A DNA stretch of 64,000 bases from Verrucomicrobiota bacterium (GTDB taxonomy: Bacteria > Verrucomicrobiota > Verrucomicrobiia > Limisphaerales > CANJSG01): positions 2,472 to 66,471 of the forward strand of contig JBBRDN010000001.1 of the NCBI GenBank assembly GCA_038203875.1. The letters run 5' to 3'. Position numbers and translations under genes: made by a program. How positions within the stretch are numbered: position 1 is the first letter of the stretch; every line of letters starts with the position of its first letter. Of the stretch, positions 23,525 through 33,727 are shown one piece after another. The notes under the pieces are model-generated. The model saw only the letters and a program-made list of their open reading frames with translations. It was not told the origin of the DNA and searched no databases.

Positions 23525-26500
23525 CTACTTCTGGCCCCGTTTCGACAGCAGCCAACCGACCAGGTGGTTGAAATCGTCGGGCTTGAGGAGTTCGCCGAAG
23601 TTGTCGGGCATGAGGGAGGCCTTCGATTCTACGCGGTCCTTGACCTGCGATTTCTGCACCTTTATCTCGGCGCCGGCCGCGTCGGCGAGGATCAACATGG
23701 CACCCTCTTCGCGCCGGAAAAGACCGCTGACAATCTCGTCGTCCTTCAACGTGAGGATAGTCGGTTGGAACGCATGGTCGACGTTGCGGCTTGGATCGAG
23801 GATGTCCTCGCAGAGGCGTTCGAGCCCGCGGCTTCCCACTCCGTCGAGCTGCGGGGCGACGAGTCCACCGACACCATCGATGCGATGGCACGCGGCGCAG
23901 TTGAGTTGGTAGAGCTCCTGGCCTCGGGCGAGGTCCACAGAAGAGGCTTTGAACCCGGCCCTGCGGGCGTCGATGAGCTTCTGGCGTTCTCCATTGGCAG
24001 GGGGAAGATCCTTGGTCAGCGCGGCCAAACGGGTTTCAAAGTTGTCCGGTTTGGAGGCGCGGAGGCGCTCGACAAGCCTGGTGTCGGTGAGGACATGGGC
24101 GGTGACCTTGCCGCCGGCGATGCCTTGGAGGAGCGCTTCGGCACCGCTGCGTGAACCCGATAACGTGGAGGCGATCTGCTTCTGCAAACGACTTGGAGCG
24201 GACCCGAGAAATGCGACAACGGACGCACGCGCTTTCGGTTGATCGGCTTCAGACAACGCTGTGGCGATGTCTTCCACGCCGGACGCCCCAGGCTGGAGGC
24301 GGGCGGCCAGATTGTCGGCGTAGGATGCGTCCTGGCCCAGGAGAAACCGCAGCAGCGCGGCCTGGGCTTTGGTGCCGAAGCGGCCGTCGTCCAGCGGACG
24401 CAGTTTGCCGACGAGCGCCGGACTCGGGAATGCGGAGGCGAGTTGCACGACGTCGAGGGCGCGGTCGGCCACGTCGCGCGGGGCGACAGCGGGCAAGCCG
24501 ATGACCGCTGGTTCGATGCGGCCGATGGCCAGCCAAGCATAGGCGCTGCCGGTATCGCCATCGACGACTTCGAGCACGGCGGATTTGCCAACTTCATCGG
24601 CGGAAAAAGTCCACTCGATCATGCGGGCAACGTCATTGCGGGGTGGTTTGGCTTCGCGGAGCACATGGCCGTCGGCGGACTTGAGCACGACTTTGTTCAC
24701 GCCCTTCGCGGGTTGGTCGGGTTGTCCGTCGTGGCCGCAGAGGTAGAAGGAAAGTTTGGCGGGAAGAGAGAACGACCTGCTGCGAAGGATGCCCGTGAGC
24801 GCTTCACCTCCCGGCGCCAAGGAGCTGATGAGCTGGGCTGATTGGCCGTCGGCGCATTTCCGGTCCTGGAAGATCCACGGGATGGCGGTCTCGGCACCGG
24901 CAAGGGGGACGGCCTGCCATTCGGCTGAGGCCGTGGCGAGCGAGTCTACAAGCTGGCCCGCGAGCGTGCGGCCCCAATCGACGACGGCTTCGGGTGTGGA
25001 CGCGCCGCGTTGGCCGAGGCCGGACTGGACGGACTTCAACAACGCGAGCTGCATGGTCGGATCGGCCGCGAACTTCTCGCGGGCGAACGCGGCGATGGTC
25101 CCTGCGCTCGAGGCGTCGCCATGCCGGGCGGCGTGTTGGAGCAATGCGCTGACTTTGGTGGAATCGGTTCCAAGTCTCGGAAGTTCGGCCAGGATATAAC
25201 GGGCGGCATCGGCGGACGGGACGGCGGGAATGATGTCGGCGATGAGGGCGCGCTGTTGTTCCGACAACTTGGCCAGTGCGTCAAAAGAACCGGAAAGCGT
25301 GAGCGTGTCGCGGATGGCTTTTCGCAGGACATAGACGAGGTGGGTGTCGGCGCGGTCGGTGGTGGCGAGGGTTTCGACGAGGGGTTTCAGCACGCTGACG
25401 CCGGGGAAGTTGCCAAGGGCTTCGGCGGCGCAACGTCGGACCAGGGCGTCCTTGTCGGTCAAACCGGAGAGCGCGACGGCGTGGGCGGCTTGAACGTAGT
25501 CGGTGTGCTTCGTCATTCCGGGCGACCGGTCCTGCTGCAGCATGTCCGCCGCGACGCGTTGGCTGTGGATGCGGACAAGCGGATCGGTGGACTTCGAGGC
25601 TTCGAGCAGGGCCGCAGGGGTGGGTCCGCTGTTCGGCGAGGGCGGGTTCAGCCGATGAAGCAGCCAGAGCGAATGGATCAGACGGAGCGAGTTGTCTTGA
25701 TTCGAGGTATCAGTTTCGACAGAGGCGGATGCCTTGGCACCGAAGCGGTCTTCTATCTCCGACATGGCGAGCAGGCGACGCGGGAGATTTGGCGACCCGA
25801 GTTCTTTCACGAGATCGGGCAGTGATTCGGCTAGCTTGGCCGGACGCAGCTGGGTTGAACCATTCTCGCCTTTGTAGACCACGCGCCAGATGCGGCCGCG
25901 CTCGCGGTCGCGCCCGGGATGGGTCAGCGGCACTTCGTAGTGGCCGATGATGCGGTTGTAGAAGTCAGCCACGTAGAGCGCGCCGTCAGGACCGAGGATG
26001 TTGTCCACGGGTCGGAACCACGGGTCGGTCGTAGTGAGGAAATCAGGCTGCTCGACGGCCTTGGGCGTGGAGCCAATGAAGGTGATCTTGTCCCGGTTCA
26101 ACCGGCTGGTCATGACGTTGCCGATGAAAAACGTGTCCTGGTATTCGGCGGGCCAGAGGTTGTCTGCGTAATAGAACGCGCCATCGATGGCCGTGCTGCC
26201 ATGGGCGTGCTCGATCATGACGGGCGCGAAGCCGAGGCCGTCATGCGGCTTGCCGAAGCTTGGATAATAACCGCCGGCGAGAAGCTGGTAGAGCGGCGCG
26301 CTGTGGCAGTCGCTGGAGTAGAGATTGCCACGTGGATCGAAAGTGAGGCCGAAGGGGTTCACCTGGCCGTGGGTGTGGTGCTCCAGCTTGGAGCCGTCGG
26401 GCCGGAAGCGGTAGGTGTTGCCTGAGTTCAGGTGGACGACGGAGCCGTCGCGGTTGGTGATCCAGGAATCGTTGTTGAAGCCGTGCGTCGCGTAGATCCA

Positions 26501-27124
26501 GCCGTCGAAACCCCGCCGGAACGAGGCCTGGTTGCCGTGGGTGTCGCGGGTGACATCGAACGGACCGTAGAGCGGGGTGCGTTTGTCGGCCCTGCCATCG
26601 CCGTCGGTGTCCTCCATTAGCCAGATGTAGGGGATGCTCCAGACGACGGCTTTCCAATGTCTGTCGTCCGTGCGGAACGGATAGATGCCGATGGGGATGT
26701 TCAGCCCATCGGCGAACTGGGTCACCTTGCGCGCCCGGCCATCGGGACCGAAGTCTTCGAAGATCATCAGCCGGTCGCGGCCGGGGCGATTCGTCGGAGC
26801 GGCCCATGGATACTCGATGCTGGTAGTCGCCCAGAGGCGGCCAGCGGCATCGAAGGCGAGGTTCATCGGCTTGTTGATGTCGGGTTCAGCGGCCACGAGC
26901 TGGATGTCGAAGCCGGGCGGCAGCTTGAACTTGGCCCTTTGTTCAGGCGGGTTTGCGGGTTCAGTCGCCCTGACCATGTCGGCGAATGGATCCGTCGCTG
27001 CACAGGCGAGAGTCGTTCCCAGGATCAGGGCGGCAACGGTTCGAAGCAGGAGAGCGGACAGCATGGCAAAGTGGGACGGGTTGCAGCGAACGCTATTCGA
27101 GACGGGGGAAGTAGGGGAAAACAA
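23525..27124 (-). CDS. PVC-type heme-binding CxxCH protein with membrane-bound dehydrogenase beta-propeller and HEAT-like domains
   Basis: Signal peptide, then an N-terminal soluble-dehydrogenase-like propeller (GLTFDPRGNLYSSD, LYVADFYNRIIGHYE), a long helical repeat region, and a C-terminal cytochrome c motif CAACHRIDGVGG. Confidence 0.85.
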   Translation of the reverse strand: MFSPTSPVSNSVRCNPSHFAMLSALLLRTVAALILGTTLACAATDPFADMVRATEPANPPEQRAKFKLPPGFDIQLVAAEPDINKPMNLAFDAAGRLWATTSIEYPWAAPTNRPGRDRLMIFEDFGPDGRARKVTQFADGLNIPIGIYPFRTDDRHWKAVVWSIPYIWLMEDTDGDGRADKRTPLYGPFDVTRDTHGNQASFRRGFDGWIYATHGFNNDSWITNRDGSVVHLNSGNTYRFRPDGSKLEHHTHGQVNPFGLTFDPRGNLYSSDCHSAPLYQLLAGGYYPSFGKPHDGLGFAPVMIEHAHGSTAIDGAFYYADNLWPAEYQDTFFIGNVMTSRLNRDKITFIGSTPKAVEQPDFLTTTDPWFRPVDNILGPDGALYVADFYNRIIGHYEVPLTHPGRDRERGRIWRVVYKGENGSTQLRPAKLAESLPDLVKELGSPNLPRRLLAMSEIEDRFGAKASASVETDTSNQDNSLRLIHSLWLLHRLNPPSPNSGPTPAALLEASKSTDPLVRIHSQRVAADMLQQDRSPGMTKHTDYVQAAHAVALSGLTDKDALVRRCAAEALGNFPGVSVLKPLVETLATTDRADTHLVYVLRKAIRDTLTLSGSFDALAKLSEQQRALIADIIPAVPSADAARYILAELPRLGTDSTKVSALLQHAARHGDASSAGTIAAFAREKFAADPTMQLALLKSVQSGLGQRGASTPEAVVDWGRTLAGQLVDSLATASAEWQAVPLAGAETAIPWIFQDRKCADGQSAQLISSLAPGGEALTGILRSRSFSLPAKLSFYLCGHDGQPDQPAKGVNKVVLKSADGHVLREAKPPRNDVARMIEWTFSADEVGKSAVLEVVDGDTGSAYAWLAIGRIEPAVIGLPAVAPRDVADRALDVVQLASAFPSPALVGKLRPLDDGRFGTKAQAALLRFLLGQDASYADNLAARLQPGASGVEDIATALSEADQPKARASVVAFLGSAPSRLQKQIASTLSGSRSGAEALLQGIAGGKVTAHVLTDTRLVERLRASKPDNFETRLAALTKDLPPANGERQKLIDARRAGFKASSVDLARGQELYQLNCAACHRIDGVGGLVAPQLDGVGSRGLERLCEDILDPSRNVDHAFQPTILTLKDDEIVSGLFRREEGAMLILADAAGAEIKVQKSQVKDRVESKASLMPDNFGELLKPDDFNHLVGWLLSKRGQK

Positions 27125-27327
27125 AACCGGGCCAGACAGACTGGGGAAGTCCGAAAGGCCCGGGGAGTTTCGAGTTCAAGTAGGATTACGGGGAGGTTCC
27201 GAAGATTGGTTGAACACCCGACCTTCGGAAATTTGATGAGCGGCCAAAGAGCGATGGCACATTCTCTGATAGCTATGCCGTAACCTGCGAGATGTATCCT
27301 GCATGGTCCGACTTTGGTCAAGGAGCC

Positions 27328-27349
27328 TCTTGTGAAAATTTTCACAAGG
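27328..27349. promoter_or_regulatory. CRP/FNR-family-type operator (TGTGA-N6-TCACA)
   Basis: CTTGTGAAAATTTTCACAAG is a 20-of-20 perfect palindrome containing TGTGA-AAATTT-TCACA. It lies in the divergent intergenic region between 23525..27124 (-) and 27478..27882 (+). Confidence 0.45.
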
Positions 27350-27477
27350 GCGGCAAGTGCCTTGGTATCAGGCAGCAGTTCCGAGAATCAATTGTCCGTG
27401 CTGGCGGGGAATTTGGGTGTGTGGAAATTCACCATGCCCTGCTTGTCATCCGGCGGAAGGTTTCCCATGCTGCGCAC

Positions 27478-27882
27478 ATGGCTGAGATTGCAAAGTTCGT
27501 CCACCACGGCGCGGCACAGATCACTCCGAAGGTCCTCAAGGGCATCCACCGCAAGCTTCCGCTGCTGAAGCTGGAGTTCGCGCAGATCAACGCGCCCAAG
27601 TTTCCGCACTTGGTTGAGCAGTTGGAATTCCTGGCCGACGTGGTCGAGGACTTCGCCGACGGCGCGGGGGAGGATATTCCGTATGTGACCGCCGCTGCGT
27701 CGGCCTTCGCGCTGGTCTATGCCCATCGTCAGATGGATTTAATCCCCAACTCCATCCCCGAGTTCGGCCATGCGGACGACTCGGCCGTTGTCCGGGCCGT
27801 TCTGATCGAACACGAGCGGGCTCTCGGCGCGCACGCCATGAAGATCGGCATCGCCTGGGCGAAGATCACGGTGAAGGCCTGA
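27478..27882 (+). CDS. DUF1232 (YkvA-like) domain protein
   Basis: DLIPNSIPEFGHADDSAVVRAVL matches the DUF1232 core. The start is uncertain, since the ORF is open from 27292. Confidence 0.6.
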   Translation: MAEIAKFVHHGAAQITPKVLKGIHRKLPLLKLEFAQINAPKFPHLVEQLEFLADVVEDFADGAGEDIPYVTAAASAFALVYAHRQMDLIPNSIPEFGHADDSAVVRAVLIEHERALGAHAMKIGIAWAKITVKA

Positions 27883-27907
27883 TCTGTCCGGTTCATTTCG
27901 ATAATGC

Positions 27908-27943
27908 AAAAGGGCAGGCGTTGTCGCCTGCCCTTTGTGTTTC
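27908..27943. terminator. Bidirectional Rho-independent terminator between convergent genes
   Basis: AAAGGGCAGGCG-TTGT-CGCCTGCCCTTT. The T-run on the minus-strand side (TTTTGCATT) is better than on the plus side (GTGTTTC). Confidence 0.6.
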
Positions 27944-27961
27944 AGGTGGGGACTTGGAGGC

Positions 27962-29212
27962 TCAATTACCCTTCACATCGAAGCAGAAGAGCAGTTCCTG
28001 ATCGCGCAGGAAGAGCTTGCCGTTGACGACGACGGGGTGGGTCCAGATTTTCCCCCTGTTGCTGCGCTGCTTGGTTTGGGGATCCAGCTTGAAACGCCCG
28101 TGCTCCGCCCAACCCTTGGGAGACGCTTCGGCCAAGACAACCGTTCCAGTGTCTTCTTCGAGACAATAGAGCATGCCGTCTGCGAAGTGAGTGGCACCTT
28201 TGCGGAGAGACTTGCTGTTCCAGACTTCCTCGCCGGTCTTCAGGTTCTGGCTGACCCAAGCATAGCCGTCAGAATGGCCGTAGACGTTGCCGTCGACCAG
28301 GACCACGCCGCCGTGGTGGTTCTTCATGACCTTGTTCTCGTAGACCGTGGTGACAGAGCCGTCGGAACCCAGCTTGACCGCCTTGCAACCGGCTCCATAG
28401 CCGGCCGTGACGTAGACCATGTCGTCCACGGCGATCGCCGTCGGAATGACGGCGGTTCGGCCAAAGGGGAATTCAGACCTCCACAGCACCTTGCCGGTGG
28501 CGGGATCGACTCCGAAGAATTTCTTCTCCACCAACTGCACGATCTGCGGTTTGCCGCCGAAGGTGAAAAGGATCGGGGAGGAATAGTGGGCCGCGTCCGT
28601 GAGATCGGTCGATTGCCAGGCGATGGCTCCTGTCTTCTTGTCCAACGCTGCCATCGTGCCGTTCGGGCCGCCCGGCGTGCAGATGATGTTGTTGCCGGAA
28701 ATCAACGGCGATTCGGTGTAGCCCCAAACGGGAACCTTGCCTCCGAGATCGTCGACGAGGGACTTCTGCCAGACCATCTTGCCGTCCTTGGGCTGGGAGC
28801 AGATAAGGTTTCCCTGGCCGCTGATGGCGTAGACGAGGCCGTTGTGCACTGTGGGAGTGCCGCGCGGTCCATCACCCCAATCATTTTTCAACTTGGCCCC
28901 AAACGGCGTAGACCAGAGTTCGGTCCCTTTGGTGACGTCCACCGCGATGAGGAACTCCTGCTCACCCCGGAGGCCGAGGGTGAAGAGCTGGTTGCCGACA
29001 ATCGAGTAGCCGGCGTAGCCAAGCCCTGCTCCCTCGAAAAGCCAGAGGCGTTTGGGACCGCCTTCCGGCCACTTCTTGAGCAGGCCTTTGTCGGGCGAAT
29101 GGTCGTCGCGGTTGGGGCCGCGCCATTGGGGCCAGTCGGCCGCGATGCCGCTGCCGATGGCCAAAGCTCCGAAGAGCAGGGATGCGGTGAGAGATTTGAG
29201 CGAGGATTTCAT
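27962..29212 (-). CDS. PQQ-like beta-propeller repeat protein (secreted)
   Basis: Signal peptide MKSSLKSLTASLLFGALAIGSGIAA, then DWPQWRGPNRDD and repeated propeller blades. Confidence 0.8.
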   Translation of the reverse strand: MKSSLKSLTASLLFGALAIGSGIAADWPQWRGPNRDDHSPDKGLLKKWPEGGPKRLWLFEGAGLGYAGYSIVGNQLFTLGLRGEQEFLIAVDVTKGTELWSTPFGAKLKNDWGDGPRGTPTVHNGLVYAISGQGNLICSQPKDGKMVWQKSLVDDLGGKVPVWGYTESPLISGNNIICTPGGPNGTMAALDKKTGAIAWQSTDLTDAAHYSSPILFTFGGKPQIVQLVEKKFFGVDPATGKVLWRSEFPFGRTAVIPTAIAVDDMVYVTAGYGAGCKAVKLGSDGSVTTVYENKVMKNHHGGVVLVDGNVYGHSDGYAWVSQNLKTGEEVWNSKSLRKGATHFADGMLYCLEEDTGTVVLAEASPKGWAEHGRFKLDPQTKQRSNRGKIWTHPVVVNGKLFLRDQELLFCFDVKGN

Positions 29213-29277
29213 GATGGAGGTGAAGGTTGCCGAAATAGGACCGTGCGCAAGGAAGACGGTTTTGGGTTCGCTGAAAT

Positions 29278-30393
29278 TCAGCGGGACATGACGCGGCCGA
29301 GCCCGAACTGGTCTCCGTTCAGAACAGGCTTTCCGCCGGCGAAGTGAATTTCGATGAGCTTTTCGCTGTGCACTTCGCGGCCCAGCTCGTCCTTGAGCGC
29401 CACGATGATCTTGCGGGACGCCACGTCGAAGACCTCGCCGGTCGACGGGTAGGCGAGCTTCCCGTCGAGCGAGAAGGTGATCCAGCCCGGCTGGTCCCGG
29501 ACCTGGATCGTGGCGACCTGCTTCGGCGGCATGACGGTCGCGTCGAAGATGTGCATGCACTGGTTGGCGCCGTCCGCCAGCCAGAGTTCCTTTTCATCCG
29601 GCGTCAGGCCGATGCCGTGGCTCGGGCAGCCGTGGCGTTTGACAGGCCCCTTCTGGAATCCCGTGACCTCCACCCGATGCAGCATCTTGCCGGAGCGCAC
29701 ATCGCCGATCTCGAAGCCGAGCAGGTCGTTCACATTCACGAAGGCCAGCGTCTGCGCCCCGTTCACGGTGAACGGCCGAACCGGCGCGCTGAAGGGCCCG
29801 ATGTCGCGGGCGAGTTTATGCGTGGCGACATCGGCAACGCGGAGCAAAGGGGACTTCAGACCCGCCAAGTAGGCCTTCGATCCATCGAGCCCGACGATGG
29901 TGTTGTGGGCGCCCGAATCCGGAACGAGCTTGGTGATCACGGTCCCGTCGAAGGCATTGACGACGTGCCAGTGAGGACCTTCCAACGACGGCAGGTAGAT
30001 CGTCTTCCCATCCGGCGTGATCGACATCCGGTCGCAGCCGCCTTCGTAGGATTTTTCCCAGAGCACCGCGTCCGTCGTCAGGTCGAAGCACGTCAGCGTC
30101 TTGAGCGTGCTGACGTAGAGACGGCCCGTGGTCGCGCTGGCGCAGACGCCCTTCACGTTCAACGGCTGCCCCTTTTCATCCAGCCCACGCGCGGCGATGC
30201 GGCGGACGAACTTGTGCCCGTGGTCGATGTCGAAAACCAGCACGCCATGTCCGCCGAGTTCGAGGTAGTTCCTGATCCCGGGCTCGGCGACGTAGAGGAA
30301 GCGCCCCGTCTGGCCTGTGGCCGGTTTCAAGTCCGCCGCGAACGTCGTCGCAACGAAATGGGCGCAGAGCAGCAGAAGGAGGAAGCGTCTCAT
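29278..30393 (-). CDS. Secreted beta-propeller protein (YncE/lactonase-like fold suspected)
   Basis: Signal peptide MRRFLLLLLCAHFVATTFA. Repeated blade-like segments (RLYVSTL, TIYLPS, KAYLAG, ELWLADG). Confidence 0.7.
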   Translation of the reverse strand: MRRFLLLLLCAHFVATTFAADLKPATGQTGRFLYVAEPGIRNYLELGGHGVLVFDIDHGHKFVRRIAARGLDEKGQPLNVKGVCASATTGRLYVSTLKTLTCFDLTTDAVLWEKSYEGGCDRMSITPDGKTIYLPSLEGPHWHVVNAFDGTVITKLVPDSGAHNTIVGLDGSKAYLAGLKSPLLRVADVATHKLARDIGPFSAPVRPFTVNGAQTLAFVNVNDLLGFEIGDVRSGKMLHRVEVTGFQKGPVKRHGCPSHGIGLTPDEKELWLADGANQCMHIFDATVMPPKQVATIQVRDQPGWITFSLDGKLAYPSTGEVFDVASRKIIVALKDELGREVHSEKLIEIHFAGGKPVLNGDQFGLGRVMSR

Positions 30394-30524
30394 GGTATGT
30401 GGGCTGCGAGCGAAACGCCCGTGACCCTGGCAGACAAGACCCATTTACCGCCCGGCCATCGCGATAATCAGCTTCGAGCACTCCTTCCCAGCGACCGGCC
30501 GATCAGGTTAGGCTCACCCCTTCG

Positions 30525-31406
30525 ATGTCCAACACTCCGGAATCCAATCCAACCTTTCGCGCCGGCATGGTCGCCGTGCTCGGCCGCACTAACGCAGGCA
30601 AATCCACCCTCGTGAACGCGCTCGTCGGCCGCAAGGTCTCGATCGTCACGCCCAAGCCCCAGACCACGCGCGAAGCCGTCCAGGGCGTCGTCCACCGGCC
30701 CGAGGGCCAGATCGTCTTCGTCGACACCCCCGGCTTCTTCAAGACCCACGCCAGCGCCCTCGTCGACAAGCTCCACCAGCGCGCGCGGCGGGCTCTCGAC
30801 GGCATCGACGCCATCCTGCACGTCGTCGATCCGACCAAGGAGATCGGCGAAGAAGAGGAGATGGTCGTCGCCGTTCTCGCGAATGTTCCCCAGGCCAAGA
30901 TTCTTTGCCTGAGCAAATCCGACTTGGAGGTCCGTCCTGCGTCCGCCGCGTGGCGCGCTCGTGCCACCGGCTACAAGGCCATCATCGAAGTCTCCGCCAT
31001 CAACGGCCACGGCCTCGAAGAACTGGTGGCCGCGTTGATGAAGTCCATGCCCGTCGGCCAGGCGCTTTATCCCGAGGACGAGGTCACCAACACCTCCCGC
31101 GAATTCGCCGCCGGTGAACTTATCCGTGAACAGATCTACCTGCAGATGGGCGACGAGATCCCCTATCGCACCCGCGTCGAGATCGGTTCCATCGAGGAAC
31201 GGAAAACCAAGCTGGGCGAACCGCTCATCGCCGTCCTCGCGACCATCCTCGTGGCCAGCGACCGCTACAAGGCCATGGTCATCGGCGCCGGCGGCCAGCG
31301 CATCCGCCAGCTCAACTCCGATTCGCGGAAGGAACTCGAACATCACTTCGGCAAGAAGGTCTTCCTCGACTGCGACGTCATGGTCGACAAGACGATCCTC
31401 GATTGA
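30525..31406 (+). CDS. era: GTPase Era
   Basis: G1 GRTNAGKSTL, PQTTR, G3 DTPG, and a C-terminal KH domain (IGAGGQRIRQL). Confidence 0.95.
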   Translation: MSNTPESNPTFRAGMVAVLGRTNAGKSTLVNALVGRKVSIVTPKPQTTREAVQGVVHRPEGQIVFVDTPGFFKTHASALVDKLHQRARRALDGIDAILHVVDPTKEIGEEEEMVVAVLANVPQAKILCLSKSDLEVRPASAAWRARATGYKAIIEVSAINGHGLEELVAALMKSMPVGQALYPEDEVTNTSREFAAGELIREQIYLQMGDEIPYRTRVEIGSIEERKTKLGEPLIAVLATILVASDRYKAMVIGAGGQRIRQLNSDSRKELEHHFGKKVFLDCDVMVDKTILD

Positions 31407-31840
31407 GCCCCCCGAAGAACATGCCCCGGCCGAAGACCTCCATTCCCGCCGATGCCGTCCGAGTGGGCTCCAGTCGGATCAACGGCCGCGGCATCTTCGC
31501 CGCCGCGCCGCTGCCCGGCCGACGCAAGTTGGGTGAGATCACCGGCCAGTTGGTGAAACTCCCCGGAGCGCGCCAGTCCATCGCCCATGCACCCAAGATC
31601 TACTTCGTGGAGCTGGATGAGGAATGGGCGCTCGACTGTTCGGACGGCGGGCCGTTCAAGCACCTGAACCACTCTTGCGAACCCAACTGCTACCTCCGCA
31701 TCTTCAACCGCCGCCTCGAAGTCTACAGCCTTGGCTCCATCGCGGAGGGAATTGAACTGACGGTCGACTATGGCGTTACGCCCCATGCCGGCGGAATGAA
31801 GTGCGGCTGCGGCGCGAAGAACTGCCGCGGCGTGCTCTGA
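31403..31840 (+). CDS. SET-domain protein (putative lysine methyltransferase)
   Basis: GRGIFA, NHSCEPNC, ELTVDYG and post-SET CGCGAKNC. Its ATG overlaps the era stop (ATGA). Confidence 0.85.
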   Translation: MSPPKNMPRPKTSIPADAVRVGSSRINGRGIFAAAPLPGRRKLGEITGQLVKLPGARQSIAHAPKIYFVELDEEWALDCSDGGPFKHLNHSCEPNCYLRIFNRRLEVYSLGSIAEGIELTVDYGVTPHAGGMKCGCGAKNCRGVL

Positions 31841-31907
31841 CGCAGGTAGGGCGTATCCTCCAGGTCCATCGCTCCCTGAGGCCGCCATTTCGGGCGGTTG
31901 ACGCTTT

Positions 31908-33698
31908 GTGTCCGCCTGCCACTTTCCGTCCGTGAATCGTCCGCTGCTTTCCCCGGTCCGTCCGGCGCGCTGGTTGGCCAGCCTGGCCGTCGCCTGCTTC
32001 TCCCTGCTTCCCGTCGTCGCGCAGGAGCTGCCCGTGAAGGAGCACACGCTCTCGAACGGGATGAAGATCCTCCTCGTGAAACGCGAGGGCGATCCGACCA
32101 TCGCCGCCGGCTGGGTGGCGCACGTCGGCAGCGCAAACGAACGTCCCGGCATCACCGGCATCGCGCATCTCTTCGAGCACATGATGTTCAAGGGCACGCC
32201 CACCATCGGCACCAAGGACGGCAAGAAGGACGCCGAGGTCATGGCGGAACAGGAACGCGTCCGGGACCTCATGCGCGCCGAGGAGGCCAAGGTCCGCGCC
32301 GCTTGGCGCCGCGGCGACGTCGATGATCCGGCGAAATATGAGAACATGACGCCGCGTTGGCGCGAGCTGGAGGCGGACTTCAAGAAACTCATCCAGGCCC
32401 AGCGCGACATCCTCGTGAAGAACGAATTTGACCGCATCTACAGCGGCCAGGGCGCGTCCGGCATGAACGCCTTCACCACCGAGGATCTGACAGGCTACTT
32501 CATCGTGGTGCCGGCGAACAAGCTGGAGCTGTGGTGCTGGATGGAATCCGAACGGCTGCTGCGGCCGGTCTTCCGGGAGTTCTACGCCGAGCGCGACGTC
32601 GTCTTCGAAGAACGCCGGATGCGCGTCGAGTCCACGCCGCTCGGAAAGTTCGCCGAGAGCTTCAACTCGATGGTTTGGGAGTCGCATCCCTACGGCTGGC
32701 CGGTCATCGGCTGGCCTTCGGACATTCCGGCCATCTCGAAGAAGGACGCCGATGAATTCTACGGGCTGTATTACCAGCCGCAGAACTTGACCGCGATTTT
32801 GGTCGGCAACTTCGAGACCGACACGGCGCTCGCCATGGCCGAGAAATACCTCGGACGCATTCCACGCGGTGCGCAGCCCGCGCCCGACGTGATCACGTGG
32901 GAGGTGAAACAGCTCACCGAGAAACGCATGTATGCCGAGGCGGAAACCAATCCGCAGGTCGACATCGTCTGGCACACGGTTCCATTCCGGCACAGGGACT
33001 CCTACGCGCTTCAGGTTCTTTCACAGCTCCTTTCCGGCCGCACCGGCCGCCTCTACAAGGGACTCGTCGTCGGGTCCAAGGTGGCGACCGAGGCCTACGG
33101 CCAGCAGCAGTCGCAGAAGTGGGCCGGCATCTTCAACGTCGGCGGCGAAGCGTCCGAGAGGAAGACCCCCGAGGAAGTCGAGACCGCGCTCTACGCCGAG
33201 CTGGAGAAGCTGAAGACGGATGAGGTCCCCGACATCGAGCTGCAGAAGGTGAAGAACCAGTTCGCCGCCGGCGAATACCGGAAGCTCTCCGGCAACATGC
33301 CGATCCTCTACCAGCTCATCTTCAACGAAGGCCGTGGCTCCTGGGTCGAAATCAACGAAGCCGGAAAGAAGCTCCAGGCCGTCACGGCCGCCGACGTGAA
33401 ACGCGTCGCCGCGACCTACTTGATCAAGGAAAACCGCACCGTCGCCATCTACACCCGCAAGGCCGGCACCAAGGTCGACGAGGATGCCGATCTGACCGGA
33501 CTCGAGCCGCAGCAGAAGCCTGTCGTGAAGCAGTTCATGAACGCGATCGCCACCGTGAAGGATGTCGCCCAGCTTGAAGCGCAGAAGGCGCAGTTCGAGG
33601 GCCGACTCAAGTCGGCCAACGACAAGACCAAACCCTTCGTCACGATCATGCTGAAGAAGCTCCAGGCCCGCATCGACGAGTTGAAAGCCGCCAAGTGA
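31908..33698 (+). CDS. M16-family zinc peptidase (catalytic subunit type)
   Basis: Inverted zinc motif HLFEHMMFKGT (HxxEH). Secretion signal. The exact start is uncertain. Confidence 0.85.
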   Translation: MSACHFPSVNRPLLSPVRPARWLASLAVACFSLLPVVAQELPVKEHTLSNGMKILLVKREGDPTIAAGWVAHVGSANERPGITGIAHLFEHMMFKGTPTIGTKDGKKDAEVMAEQERVRDLMRAEEAKVRAAWRRGDVDDPAKYENMTPRWRELEADFKKLIQAQRDILVKNEFDRIYSGQGASGMNAFTTEDLTGYFIVVPANKLELWCWMESERLLRPVFREFYAERDVVFEERRMRVESTPLGKFAESFNSMVWESHPYGWPVIGWPSDIPAISKKDADEFYGLYYQPQNLTAILVGNFETDTALAMAEKYLGRIPRGAQPAPDVITWEVKQLTEKRMYAEAETNPQVDIVWHTVPFRHRDSYALQVLSQLLSGRTGRLYKGLVVGSKVATEAYGQQQSQKWAGIFNVGGEASERKTPEEVETALYAELEKLKTDEVPDIELQKVKNQFAAGEYRKLSGNMPILYQLIFNEGRGSWVEINEAGKKLQAVTAADVKRVAATYLIKENRTVAIYTRKAGTKVDEDADLTGLEPQQKPVVKQFMNAIATVKDVAQLEAQKAQFEGRLKSANDKTKPFVTIMLKKLQARIDELKAAK

Positions 33699-33727
33699 AC
33701 CCAGCCCACATGACTTCCCGAATCACC

